Source of the DNA: Marsupella aquatica
Taxonomy: Eukaryota; Plantae; Marchantiophyta
DNA: 64,000 nt
Assembly: GCA_973895155.1 (NCBI GenBank)
Contig: OZ316896.1
Coordinates: forward strand, 13,943,542-14,007,541
Reading direction: 5' to 3'
Shown here piece after piece: positions 51,101-64,000 of this stretch; the stretch's first letter is position 1; each line of letters begins with the position of its first letter. Position numbers and translations under genes: made by a program. Below the pieces are notes generated by a model, which made no database searches, was not told the DNA's origin, and saw nothing but the letters and a program-made list of their open reading frames with translations.

Positions 51101-54091
51101 TTCAATTTGTTGCAGCAGGCAGCGAAAACTCCAAATCTAGACAGAAGAGAAATTCAAAGTAGCTAACCAAAGCTTGCCTGATGAGTGTACCATGTGGAGA
51201 TGTGCCTCAAGAACAGAGAGACGACCTGCAAGGGCTAGATTTGTGAGAGCGTGAATTGTTTCTTGTCGAACATGAGAAGAATCATCATTGATCATGTCAA
51301 CTATCAGCTCCAACGCACCATTGGCCATTTTCTCAGATGAAATTCCTAGCTTGGCCAGTGCCTTGACTGCACCTGAACGTACCTGCATATTCAATCAGAG
51401 ATGTCCCACTGCATTATAATCCCGGCATCAATGATAGTCAGAAGAAACAGCATCCCGTCGCAGAGGACTATTAGTCGCTTCTTACGATGACTAATTTATC
51501 AACTACTACGATGAACACCGAGAATTAACATTTTGAAGCAGACTTGTGGGGCATATTCGACATCAACAGCTCACGAAAATTCTCCTATTAACTTGTCAGA
51601 CTGCTATCCTTTCTCTAAGCAGAATCCTGTGAGCCGAATCCTATGTCTTCGCAGCTTGCTTCTTGACCCAAGTGATGGAATATATGACACTGAGAAGAAC
51701 TATTTAAAAAACTAATCTCTGAGATACCCTACGATTGCCAAAATATACAGACCAGATAAACTTGCCTCCGTAAGGGATCTTCATTCTCTCTTCATTCAAC
51801 TGGTTGGAGTTTTCTTGGACATATCAGTCATGTTTGAGTATTAGAGATGCGAGTGCTTACCTCCCAGAATTCATCTTCAAGCCCTACCACAAAAGCTCCT
51901 GCAACACTCCAGTCAAAAAGCTTAATGTCATCAAGATTTGCAACTTCCAAGTCTCCATTGGAAGTAGAGGGGGAGCCTTCGGCAGTAGATTCCCTCTCTG
52001 TGACAGAAGTTGTCAAAATCTTCTTAGTGAGGCTTTGCAGCAATACACTATCACTCACACCCGTCATCTCTGCGAGGACGTTGCAAGCCTGTTGTCTGAC
52101 GCTCATGGTCATATCTGTCATCATATTGCAAATCTGCATTAAACCATCCCCAACTCTAGACTTGTAAGGTTGTGAAAACATTGCACCGCTCAGAAAACAG
52201 AAACATAAGGTGTATAACAACAATAAGCTAACTAAGAATGATTATTTAGTTTGAAACTTGAGTAACAAGATATCGCATCAAACCTAAAAAGCGAGTCAAA
52301 CCTGCAAGCATCTAGTCCATCAAGCTACGAAAAACCCATCGTTCAATCGTTCAATCTTTGTACCAAAGTCTTCTCTCCAGATCATTCGTACAATACAAAA
52401 AACTCACCTGCGAAAAAGCGTCGTCGACGTATTTAAACTGAGGTTCTTCCCGCACATCCCAAGGCGCTGCCTTAACCCAAATCCCCACCTGGTAACACCA
52501 ACAAAACACGTTATATTAGTGAGCACATAGTTTTCAAATCGTCCATTTGATACCATTTTCTTGACGCAAAAACTCGACTACTCGAGTAGATCTGGTCGGG
52601 ATAGGAACATTTGATAAATATCAACGAGTCAAGATAAAGTGCAATGGAGACTGCGCGGACAATCAACCACACCACAAAGCTTGCAGAGAAAACGATTGAC
52701 AATTAAACAGGAACACCCACCAGTTTGATAGCACATATGCGAACCGATTCAAACGAATCACGCAGGAGGGAAACAGCGAACTTGTACGTATTCTGCTTTA
52801 GAGCAAAACCCTTGCTGTGCAAATTCATAATAGCGCAAACCACTGCCTCCCGTACATTAGGATAGGGATCTCGGGTATATTCTAACAGGGTGTGCATCAA
52901 GGAATCCCCCTCCGTCCTGCTTCTTTGTAAATTTTCAAGACCTCCTGCCCTAGTTTCTCTCAAATCTCTGCTACAAACGAGATTCCTCTCCTTAATGCTC
53001 TGTACAAGCACGTGAACTCCGTACTCACGCAACCTTGGATTTGAACTTCCTAGTTGCTCTTTAGCCAGAGGTCCAACAGCTTCGATTTCAAGACTGCCTC
53101 CGCATTTGCCAATCAGAGACAACGATCTCAGTAATTGAAGCTTTAATCCTGATTTTTTGGGGGAACCACTCAAATCCTTGGTAGTGATGTACTGCAATAG
53201 AAAACGGGCCAAGTACGATGCCCAATCAGAAGTTTTGTCTTCATCCCCGTCGTCTGCACATGAGATATGGGCGACAGAGCATAGAACTTTCACCAAGGCC
53301 TGGATAACTGGCGGCTCTTCTGCTTTCCAGAGCTGCTGTTGAATAATCTCTGTTACAAATTTCCTCGTACGACTTTCCTTGATCAACTGGACATGTTGGT
53401 CGATGAGACTCACTGCTTCGAGACGGACGCTTAGATCGGCTTGACAAAGTAGCTCCCCCTGCTTTTCAAAAATGGAATGAAGCCCTACGTCCTCACTATC
53501 GTCGACAGAGTACAAAAGAACGGCCAGGGAGGAGTAAACTGTCCTCTTCTCCTTCCTCACTGGGACAGAATGCTCTTTCCTAGCTGTTTGCTCCGCTCCC
53601 TGTGCCGATCCTTCAATCCCATGACTATCCGTACCTGCAGACTGCCGCTTGGATTCCAATACATCATGGACCGTCTCTACTTTATGCGGCACTTCATGTT
53701 CTAGTTGAGGTCTTGATTCCGGGAAATCGGAATCCATAGAGATCTGTAAACCCGTACGGGACTCGGTCCTCCATTTAGCAGTACGCATGTCCTGTTCATG
53801 CCCTTGTGATTGCTTAATTCCTGGATGCCGGGCTTGCAAATCCATGATACCAGGATTTTGAAGCAGAGTAGCATTAATTTCATGAAGGTTTGCCGAGTCT
53901 CTAGGCCACTTTCCAGCCTTCGGGTCTCGCAGAGATATATCGGATTGCCTTGGGAGGATCCACCTGGCCTTCTTCGAAAAAACTTTCTCGTCCCAAGCAG
54001 ATACATACGTTTCCTCTCCGTCTCCTTCGTTCTCTGCATCGTCATCCTCCCGGACAGGAGCTTCGAGGTCTATCTCTCTCACTCGCTTCAT
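48138..54091 (-). CDS. SIEL: SIEL / Integrator complex subunit 4 homologue (HEAT repeats); exons 54091-52721, 52488-52408, 52133-51861, 51382-51191, 50903-50763, 50591-50502, 50214-49610, 49122-48138; about 1245 aa
   Basis: Signature motifs AGAFVVGLEDEFWEV|R, ICNMMTDMTMSVRQQA, DMINDDSSHVR and TRDPYPNVREA. All seven introns are GT-AG and frame-consistent (six phase 0, the last phase 2). Confidence 0.92.
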
Positions 54092-55373
54092 CTTTGGGAT
54101 TACAATGTCTCACATTTTTCCACCAGAGAAAGGAACTTGGAACCAGCCAAGACCAACTCCCATACGGAATGCAATCATCGAAGAAACAGTCCACCAATCC
54201 CCCATATGTTCCCTCAATCACTGCCACAACTGGTAATTTCCCACGCAAAACGAGTGTCCAGCATTTCGAACTTCACCTCCAATGCTATTGAACAACGGCC
54301 AATTGGCATAAAGCAGACCTCGAAACAGGCGTCCAATTTGAAAACCTCGCGAGAACTGAACAATCTCTATGCAACGAGTCCATGGTCGTCACAATTTTGC
54401 GACGCAGCGGTAGATTTCAATCTATCGTCACGGCGGGCGTTCAAACAAACTTGGTGACATCCAAATCAGAAATAACAATTTATTGATGAATAAAGTAAAT
54501 ATAACGAGGCACGAAAGACCAGACGAACAAAGTCTTTTGCTGCTCCGAGCTCACACCTTCGCACCTTCGCACGAGAACCGATTGCAAACCAATCGTCACA
54601 AAGGCAACAAACTGAGAAGAACGTCTACCAACTTCGAGAGGGAGTGGGAGTCACCCACCACCGAGAGTACAGTCCTAGCTCGGACCAGCTCCGCCTACTG
54701 CTTCCCTGCCATTCCATTCCCACCGCACTCGGCGGTTTCAAACCACGTAATTAGGGCAAGCCAAGAAATTCCGTTGTCACCGTCATCCGTCCTTTCAAGC
54801 CACGATCAGCTCGCTCGCGCTCATGCTGATTTTTTATTGTGACGAAGATGTTCCGCTCGAGGGCCGCGCCTGTGCTCCATCGCTCATTCATCCATGTTTA
54901 CGGCGGATAAATGCTTCGTCCTCATTCGCATGATTGCCGAAGACAACCGGAATAGAATGATCATGGAGCCGCTGCTCCGCTAACGTTTCGCTGCTCTCTC
55001 GAGTCTGGTCGTCTCGTGCTTTCGCCTCGCAGCCAGTCGACCTTCGTACAGTACACTAGTAGGCCCGCCTTTCGTATCAAACTGTAGTCCTTACAATTTA
55101 CACCTATACAAGTCATGCGATGGCCACGAAGAAACGATGAGTTAAGTTGGACGGAGACGATGTCCGTATCATCGTCGAGCGAGTAAATTGACGGTGTGGA
55201 TCTCTCAGTATTCAGTAAGTGCGGTTTTAGAAGTAGTCATGGAGTAGTCATGTATAGGGTAATGACGGATTGGTATGGGGTTACTAATTTGTAACTTTGT
55301 GGCCAGAAAGTGAAGAAATATTGACCAATAGCAATAGAGAAACTTTTTTTGAACTTTGGGGGAATAGGTTTTA

Positions 55374-55735
55374 GGGCCACTTTACAAGACGGGTGCGGCA
55401 ATTTAATTCCTCTTTTTTCATGATCGAATCAATCACAACCGTTGTTTCAGCCTGCCCGGGCGCTCCTTGCTTTAGAAGACTGGCGCGGCAAGTTGAGCTG
55501 CGGGAATAACCGAACCTGCATTCTGGTATGGATCAGCTCTGGCCAGCCGGCTTGGGACTCTCATCCGGGTGCTAGACTATTGGACCTCTGGAGGTGCAAA
55601 AATGGGCAGCCCGTTTCCTCCTAGGATTCCTGCCTTGGATTGGTCTAGAGTCCTACCGTACCACTAAGAGTTGGGCTCTGTTACAGCCCTGGTAGAAAGC
55701 ACTCAAATTGCCGCGCCCGTCTTGTAAAGTGGCCC
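55374..55735. mobile_element. PIF/Harbinger (Tourist-like) MITE, 362 bp
   Basis: TTA|GGGCCACTTTACAAGACGGGTGCGGCAATTT ... AAATTGCCGCGCCCGTCTTGTAAAGTGGCCC|TTA: 31-bp TIR with one mismatch and a TTA TSD. Confidence 0.93.
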
Positions 55736-57763
55736 TTAGACTAGAATCCCAGCCCACACAATCATTATCATACATAATATTTGTCCTGAAAAAGATTATC
55801 GGGCAAGGGCAATAGATTTACACGTGTCCTGGCAGATGCTAGACATGCGTCCGGGCAGGCGCTCGGCCATGTGGCAGCATCCCATTGATCGCTTGCGCGA
55901 GGCCATCTCATGCCCTTCGGGTCTCACGAGAGGATCATCAACAATCTCTATATAAGGAGGGCACTTCATTTTCAGAAGTCATTCTCCTTCTCCTTTCTTT
56001 CTATCCTTTTCATTTGTTATTTCTCATGTTTACCTTTTTTGTGCCAAAGCGGCCTTCGAGGCATCAGTTGGGGCATGCGGCACCATAGGTGTTGCTTGCA
56101 ACCCACCTTTTGCTTAGGTGGTTGTGGAGGGACGTGTTTGGCCAATAGGATCGTTTCTAGATAGTTTGTGGAACAACAAGAGTGTCAGGGAGGGAAGCTT
56201 TAGTCGGTGGTAGCGACAACATAATCGTTTGCCACAAATCTGTCTTTTGCCTTTTGACCTGAGCAATTTTGTCCGCCCTTTTTTGGGGAATTGGTTTATT
56301 TTGAGAGTTCAACAATGGGTTGGAAAGAAGTTGTTGAGATGTGTGAGATCGTGATCACATTTGCCGGATGAGATGACAATTTTGCACCAGCAAGCATTGA
56401 GATGGAGAGAGTAGTGCGTGCATTGGAGGCTATGGCTCATATGGACCGAGATGCATTCACCAACGACTATTACTTCGATTGCTTCATCCTCAAAGCAAGC
56501 AGTACACCTTTTAGTGCACCAAAGCGGCCTCAAAGAAGCAAACCCATTTTGGCAATAGATAGAGAATTTTGCTCAGGAGGAAGAAAGCAACCACTACTTG
56601 ATAGAGCGCAATTATACGTGCACCTCTTGGAGTGGTTTGAGAAGATTCTGAGTAATATTTTGATCCACTACACCATGCATGGTTTGTAAGGGAGATAACA
56701 ATTGTGCATTTATTTGATGAGCGTATGAATGTCAAATTATTATAGTATTTGATGTGTTGCTTTCCTTTTTGATAAGTTTCCCTTCTCTTAGCTAAACATT
56801 CTTTACAAGATGTTTGACCATTATCAACAACATGCAATGCTTTCACTTGTTTGTAGGTACCTTGACATTGTTTGTATTACAACATTTTGAAATACCACGT
56901 GCACTATTTGGAGAGTCCTTTCCTTGCCCACTAGTGTTTGTGACCTGGATATATATTATCAAATATCAGTCGTAAGTGTACATCTTCAGCTTGAAATGAC
57001 ACACTTTTGTTGTCTGGTCTGACCCGGGCCTTGGCCTTCGGTTTGGCTTTGGCTACGGTCCTGGCGATGGGCGTGTTTGGTCTATTCTTGCATGCCCTAC
57101 TCTCTCCAAAATTGGTGATAAATCCATCGTGACAACCACACCATGTTTGACCACCATATGTTGCACCACATTGTCCTCTGGGATAGTGTCAGTTGGTGCC
57201 CGACATTGTTTAGAATATTCATCTCTCATGCGTTGTGGGCTACAGCTTCAACACAAACATAACATGAATCCCTTGGGAATTGAAAATGCCCCCTTGCTTT
57301 TGAATGTTTTCCAAGTTTGCACCATATGAGACTGTTGCTTGACAATCCCTTAGAATCAATACAAACATTTTGCATACACTCATTGTCATGAAGGAAATGG
57401 ACAAGTGTTTGGTTCAACAAGCATCGTACACACTTAAGATACTCCATCACATCATGGACCAAAGTCCGTCTCCAATGAAGACATTTCCATGAAAAGGTAT
57501 CCAAGAATTCCCAAAGGATACATCACAAAAGTGGTCATATCATAATAGAATCTAAAAAAAGATAGTCACATCCAAATGCACTAGATAAAGTAGCATTAAA
57601 AGACAATATGAAGGCTCATAATAAGCCTGCCTTACTCTTTTGCCGCCTGCTGCCCGCACTTGCTGCCCGACCTTTTCTCATAGTCACACTTTTTCTATGT
57701 GTGACTAGGGTGTGAATGATCCCCACTTTCAAGTGGGGTGAATGACAAAAGCATCTACTGTTG

Positions 57764-57825
57764 CTAGCCAGATTCAAACTCAGGACTTGCCACTACCCAA
57801 AGAGCTCCTCTACCACCCAGCCTTG
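57764..57825 (-). mobile_element. Degenerate tRNA-derived (SINE-like) head
   Basis: The - strand reads GGCTGGGTGGTAGAG...GTCCTGAGTTTGAATCTGGC (A-box-like and B-box-like). Confidence 0.4.
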
Positions 57826-59197
57826 GGGCAGCTTGTGTCCAAACTGATTCGGTCCAGGTATTTAACCTGATACTAACTTCAAGAATATGGGGCAGCGGGC
57901 AGCCATGTACGGGGCTAATCAATGCTAATCCTATTGATTAGTCTCGATCTTGAGTTTTGTTCTTAATCTCCCAAGAGGAGGTATATGCTTGATGGGCCCT
58001 GAGCTTGTGTAATTTTCTTACTTGATGGACCCATACGAAACTTTTTTTACCTAATAGGCCCCCTGATACACTTTTGTGTCAGTTGTTCTTGTAGCAGTCA
58101 CTTTCACCAATGTTTTCTTGATGCAATGACCAACTGCACCATCGAACCCCGCACCCAACCTTGCAAGGTCCAACAAAAAGGTCAAATGATGTGGTTAGGG
58201 GAACCGCGGAATTGCGGCCACCACTACCCGAACTGCAAAGTGAAGACAATATGAATTATGTCTTTGGATTTGAACTGCGAAGTGAAGACAATATGGATTA
58301 TGTTTTTCGAATTTGAAGTTTTGTTGTACCGTGGGGTAGTCATGGGCCTTACTTTCATGTGTTCCATATAGGGTTTCAATTCGGAAGACATGTGCGGTCG
58401 TTATGATCCTACTTAGTACTTCCATGATAACTTTTTCTATCACTGGCCATTGTGCACTCGATTTCTATCACTAGGCACTAGGCACTGGGCTTCAATCAAC
58501 AACCTGAAGGTATTGACAAAACCCAACCATCAACAAAAGCCCAAGCATCAACAAAACCCGAGCGTTTCCCTCCCACAACACAAAGAATCATAGAATGACC
58601 ATTGTTAGGTAGCGGCAACAACCCTAAACCCCTTACAACACACGAATACATAATACAATATGTCTTCATGGCTAAAGCCACCCCGTCCTATTTAGAACCC
58701 CGTTGTGGTTTACTATACAGTTTGGCACCTCATAAGGACACAAAGTATGGCTCATTAAGAGGGGGTCTATTAGGTAAAATGAGTTTCATATGCGCCCATC
58801 AGGTAAGAAAGTTTCACCAGATGGCCCATCAAACATATATCGCCTCCCAAGAGTAAGGAAAAAAAAGATGTAATTTGAAACAGATTTTTAGAAAGCAAAT
58901 TGTCCACTTCCCTTTTATATCCATCCCCTTCATTTACCTTAAGTGTTTCCACCCGAGGCCGCTCATAAATTCTCCCTATGATTAGTTCCAAAAACCTCAA
59001 AGAAAAATATAAATTCTCACTATGATTCTTTCCAAAGAAAAACTAACTCTGTTCAAAGATGCTCTAGGCAAGTACCTACCCCTTTTCCCAAGGAAGAAAC
59101 AAAAGGGATTCCATATCAATAAACTCTCTCTAGAAAGAAACAAAACATTAAATGCTCCCTCTCATCTCCTTTTGTCTCATGCTATAGTACATGACAA

Positions 59198-59648
59198 TCT
59201 TACTATAAAAGCATCAACTGAGGTCTACTTTTAAGAGCCTAGGTCTAGAGTGAAGCCTCTAGACCTAACTCTATGGCCATCATGTGCATGGGAAAAATTG
59301 GTGACATGACTATGATGTATGTCAACGATACATGGAAAAAATTTGTGATAATTTTTAAGTATTTACATTCTAAAAATATGGCACTATGGCCCCACCACAA
59401 CATAGTGCATAGAAGATGAATGTGCATACAAAAAGACTGATGTGAGCATAAAGGAGAAAGATGAATGTGCATACAAAAAGACTCATGTGAGCATAAAGGA
59501 GAATGGTATATTATATATGACTATTAAAATGATGAGTTTTTTTATCATTTCATTAACCTTCAAAGAATATGAATAGAGAATATATTTTGATAATATTTTT
59601 ATTGTCCTCTCCGCTATTCACGTTCAAAGAACGGGTAGTTGAGGCTAG
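59198..59648 (+). mobile_element. Non-autonomous Helitron, copy 1
   Basis: 5' end A|TCTTACTATAAAAGCA. Subterminal hairpin CTATTCACGTTC-AAA-GAACGGGTAG, then CTAG|T. No TSD. Internal 46-bp duplication. Confidence 0.75.
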
Positions 59649-60064
59649 TACATGTACACTATTGTGGGAAAAATAAATTACTCTTCTCAATCTAAGTCAT
59701 CATGACAATAAGTGTGACATAGTTACAAAAGACAAAGTATGGCAAACCAAAGTATTGCAACCAAAGTATTGAAGAATAAAGTATTTATGACAAATATATT
59801 TTGGGGCTATTTTTGGGCCCCCATCACAACTACTGAATTAAAGTTCAGCCAATAAAAGGAGTGTCCAAAACTTCTCACTATTTCACATTTTTCTCCTCTA
59901 TGGTAAGGTTTTGTTCCACAATTTTGGGAAAAAGTACTAAAACTGGTGAAATATGTGCAACAAGTTTTTGTCTTGGCTAGTGGCGGTTTAAAGGAAAGTG
60001 AGCTCTTAACTATGGATTATAGATTGACTTTACAAGAGTTTGGTTCAGCTCACTGTATGCTCAG

Positions 60065-60389
60065 TCTTACTTATAAAACACTAAGGGGAAGCTAGAGTCT
60101 GGGGGTAGGCTTCTAGAGTGAAGCCTCTAGACCGTGACTGTAGGGCCCCACCAAAGTAAATGTACATGTAAAGAATATATGCATAGACATAACAATATAT
60201 TATTATGACATGAATACTTAAGAGTATATGTGCATGTAAAGAACATGTGCATAGACATGATGATATATTGTATATGACATGAATAATTGCTTTTTTATCA
60301 TTTCATTAACATTTAAAGGCTGGAAATAGGAAATCTATTTTATTGTCCTCTTCTCTACTCACTTTTAAACAAAGAGTAGTCGGGGCTAG
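60065..60389 (+). mobile_element. Non-autonomous Helitron, copy 2
   Basis: Starts TCTTACTTATAAAACA, shares the CTAGAGTGAAGCCTCTAGAC palindrome, and ends with a hairpin plus GGGGCTAG|T. Confidence 0.7.
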
Positions 60390-60477
60390 TTTGTTTTCAA
60401 GCTGAACATGACTTTTTATAGTTTGCACTCCCTCAAATCCACTTGCTGGGGTGACACTCCTATTCAAAGACTCCCAA

Positions 60478-60740
60478 TCTTAGCGGGAAGGGGAAGCTAG
60501 AGTCTGGGGTCTAGGCTTCTAGAGTGAAGCCTCTAGACAGTGACTCTAGGGCCCCACCAAAGTATATGCGCATGTAAAAGATATGTGCATAGACATGATG
60601 GTATGTTATGTATGACATGAATGATTATTTTTTATCATTTCATTAACTAATATTTAAATAATGGGAACATGGAATATATTTTGTTACATTTTATTGTCCT
60701 CTTCTCTACTCATGTTCAAAGAACGGGTAATCGGGGCTAG
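60478..60740 (+). mobile_element. Non-autonomous Helitron, copy 3 (3' end plus flank duplicated again at about 60820-60912)
   Basis: A|TCTTA start, same internal palindrome, hairpin CTACTCATGTTC-AAA-GAACGGGTA and CTAG|T. A fourth 3' end finishes at 60868. Confidence 0.7.
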
Positions 60741-61119
60741 TAGTTTCCAATTAGCCATCTTACTTACACTCAGCAATGCTTCCCACCACCTTCCCTGAAT
60801 ATGGGTGGCATTCTTACTCTATTGTCCTCTTCTCTACTCGCCTTCAAAGACAGGGTAGTCAGGGCTAGTAGTTTCCAATTAGCCATCTCACTTACACTCA
60901 ACAATGCTTCCCCTTATCTCCACTGAATATGACTTTTAATGGACATTATGCATGGGCATTGGGCTGGTCCAGGTGATAAAAATGGAGTTGAAGATTGCAG
61001 GGACGTAGAACACTACCCTCCATGAGGGTTTCTTAGAATCATAAATTTATCATGAGTTTTGTCAGGAAGGCAAATTTCCACTTAGAATCATACATTTTGT
61101 TAAGGAAGGCAAGTTACTG

Positions 61120-61660
61120 TAAACATTTCTGGAAGCCCTTGTTATTTCCATAATCTGTTGCCCGAAGTAACATTTTTCTGGAACATTTCTGATTGCTATT
61201 CCCATAATCTGTTGCCACACAAGTAACCTTGGAAGTAACCCTTTTGGAAGCTTTTGCTATTCCCATAATCTGCTGCCCACAAGTAACCTTTTTCAACATT
61301 TCTGGAAGCCCTTGTTATTCCCATAATATGTCGCCAGGAAGTAACATTTTTCTGGAACATTTCTGGTTGCTATTCCCATAATCTGCTCCACACAAGTAAC
61401 CTAGGAAGTAACCTTTTTTCTGGAACATTTATAGTTGCTATTCCCATAATCTGCTACACACAGGTAGGAAGTAACCTTTTTCCAGAACATTTCTGGAAGC
61501 CTTTGCTATTCCCATAATCTGCTGCCCACAAGTAACCTTTTTCAGGACAAAAATTCTGCACACAAGTAGGAAGTAACCTTTTCCCCCAACATTTCTGGAA
61601 GCCTTTGCTATTCCCATAATCTGCTGCCCACAAGTAACCTTTTTCAGGACAAAAATTCCA
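61120..61660. repeat. Minisatellite, about 8 variable units of about 55-100 bp
   Basis: Modules GCTATTCCCATAATCTG, AAGTAACCTTTT and AACATTTCTGGAAGCC recur. Confidence 0.93.
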
Positions 61661-62498
61661 CACTATAATGCATGCCTGGGCATGGTTCTAGCCTTAACCC
61701 TACTCCAAGAAAGCTCATCACAAACCTTTCTGCCTAAAATTCTATTCACTTTTGGTCACCCTGCTCCAAGTAAGCCCAGGAACTTTTCCCCACTAGAAAT
61801 TTATTTTATTCACTTTTTGGGTCACAAGGTTTTTTCTGGTCACAAGGTTACTAACCCCAGACCAGAATGCATTGTCCTAAACATAATAGCGCGAGTAAAT
61901 GTGTGTGCATCCTTAAAGATAAATGGAATCCAAAAGGAACGGGAGGAGGCTTCGTACGCGAGGCAAGACAATCTGTAACTAGTTTTCAGCATATCCTAAT
62001 TGCAATAAAACATACATGCAACTCTGTATCGAGAACAATTCGCCAGTACATTTTTGTCCAACATCTGAAGAACACAACACGTACTTGGGAGAGAATGAGA
62101 CGACCACCGTTCTAGAGGGCCTTGTCCAACTTTCAATCAGAGAAGAGTGACCTCTTTATAAGCCAAGGCGGAAGCATTTTAGTCAGAAAAGTCTTTACAT
62201 GAAATCAAATTCTGTGGTTACATTGACAAAGAGCTTGGCAAGTAAGTACAATTCACTTTGTCAGACAACGTTATGGCAAAACCCATAACAAGGTATTTGC
62301 AGGTCAAGTGTGGACGAAGAAATGTGAGGGCAACGGGCCTACCTTCGAACTGGGCATTGCAACCGCTGGTACTTATTTTTGGAGTTAGAAGCCCTTTCTT
62401 CCAACTTTGGTAGATGATACAATCATAGAACACAATGGTCGGCTGTCCAGATTTCTATAATAGTTTTACAGTTGCAGGAAAGGTGATTGTTACAAGCC

Positions 62499-63474
62499 CT
62501 ACAACAAAAGCAGACTTCCTTCCTTCAGGAGGACGAACAAGCTGCCGCCATCGCCACGCGAGATTCGAAGATCCTCATCCAGGTACGTGGTCAAAAGCCA
62601 AGATTGAGCCTTGTCCGCCTGAATAGGAAACTTCAAAGGAGGCTGGCCGGAGATGGTTCGCACCACGGACGTTGCAGCGTCCTGCAACGGGCGCAGAATG
62701 CCTTGGAAAGATACCAGGTCGATCTTTTGTCCGAGAACCTCCACACTATCCGGGATTTCAATGGAGTCTGTCAGCTGCGGTGTGCCGATGACACCTTCTT
62801 CAAATTTTACCTACAGCCAAGGAAACAAACTTTCAATACGAGATCTAACTTAGTGAACTTGCCAGAACTAGCCCCAAATGTCCGATCCTTTCTGTTCGTG
62901 TACAACATGCAGGCATCTATCGGAGTGCACATCGTTCTTCCAGGGTTTTAGAGAGATTAACTTCATCACCCAGGATTGCGAAAACAAGGTAAACCGTTTC
63001 GTTGTGGTCAAATTTGGACTATCATGATTACAATATTGATAAAATGTCCCCGACTATTGAAGTTCTCAAAAATATAAAGCGGGTACCCAGCAGCGACTAT
63101 CGTTACTCACGTTATGATGCCGAAAAAGTAGAGAACAACGATAAACAAGAGAAACCAGTGAGTTCTCTAAAGCCAATATTTGCACTATTGAAAATGCATG
63201 AGCAAAAATGCGCGTCATTCCACATTTATGCAGAAGAGAAGAAGTAGAAAGAAACAAAATCCGTAGAGAAGGACCCACCTGAACTCGCTTTGGGCTCCGG
63301 ACTTCAAATACTCCAGAATTGCTGAATGACGTCGTTGCCAAAGGACCAGTGAAAGACACAGTGTTTTGGATAGTGAAGGCCGCCGAGTCGAATGTCTGTG
63401 AGATCTCTCCCACTTTTACCAAAGGTAAATTGCCAGCGGCTAGGAGGGGAAATAGCTCAGAAAATGAAGTGTAC
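62499..63474 (-). CDS. Plastid lipid-associated protein / fibrillin (FBN1/2-like), last two exons 63474-63279 and 62810-62499; 5' part lies beyond the window
   Basis: [27 protein letters not shown]...[10 protein letters not shown]|[13 protein letters not shown]...[31 protein letters not shown] junctions are in frame. Confidence 0.95.
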
Positions 63475-64000
63475 CTGAACGCAAGCCATGTAACAAGACC
63501 CTTGTGAATCACAAAACAGAACCCTTAAGATCTCATTCAAGGTCGCTTTACAGTGTCAGTAAGACGGAATGTGACGATTCTCAGCATCACACACTTGCAA
63601 CAGACTTTCAGGCAAACGAGAAGGAGGAGTCAAATGGAGGATGAATTCAAAAAGCTTCCAGATGATTCCTCTGACGGACGAATTGATATTAAAAGCACTA
63701 CGCAAATACCCGAAATCCCTCCACATAAAGAAGCATTTTCTCTCAGCAGGATTGCTCTACCGTCACATTAGATGACCTCGAACAGTTGAGATAAAGGACA
63801 GTGCACAAATTCTTCGAAGAGATATCGTGCACCGAAGACAATGTGCGTAAATCTTCCAAAAATTACAAGGTGAGAACACCGTTTTCATTCGTAGCAGACA
63901 AGCCACGGTGATTGTGGGTGCACCAACCAAAATCAGGAAACAACAGAGCAAGATTCCACGTGCAACGGAAAGTCTGAAGAGGTGCTCGGCATTAGGAGGA

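Noticed and set aside
53810-54457. 215-aa + strand ORF
   Set aside because: Antisense to the SIEL first coding exon and its upstream region; no motif.
61120-61660. CRISPR-like periodicity
   Set aside because: There are no unique spacers; it is an ordinary minisatellite.

Overview
Eukaryotic, intron-containing, repeat-rich land-plant DNA. The gene content and style suggest a non-seed plant such as a liverwort, which is an inference. 1.2-10.2 kb is a decayed Ty1/copia retrotransposon with an intact PPT and 3' LTR and no visible 5' LTR or PBS. Its protease region is split by a 4313-bp insertion (TG...CA ends, 5-bp TSD GATTT) that has no gag/pol and no LTR pair but carries its own decayed ORF of roughly 850 codons. 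Four host genes are supported: an uncharacterised plant coiled-coil protein (+, 12.2-15.3 kb), a two-exon animal/actinobacterial-type catechol O-methyltransferase (+, 32.6-34.6 kb; candidate horizontal transfer), SIEL/Integrator subunit 4 (-, 48.1-54.1 kb, 8 coding exons) and the 3' part of a plastid fibrillin (-, 62.5-63.5 kb). The rest is intergenic: a LINE remnant, pogo-like and Tourist-like MITEs, a cluster of small non-autonomous Helitrons, tRNA-like SINE heads and many local tandem duplications. All family assignments come from motif recognition by eye; no searches were run.
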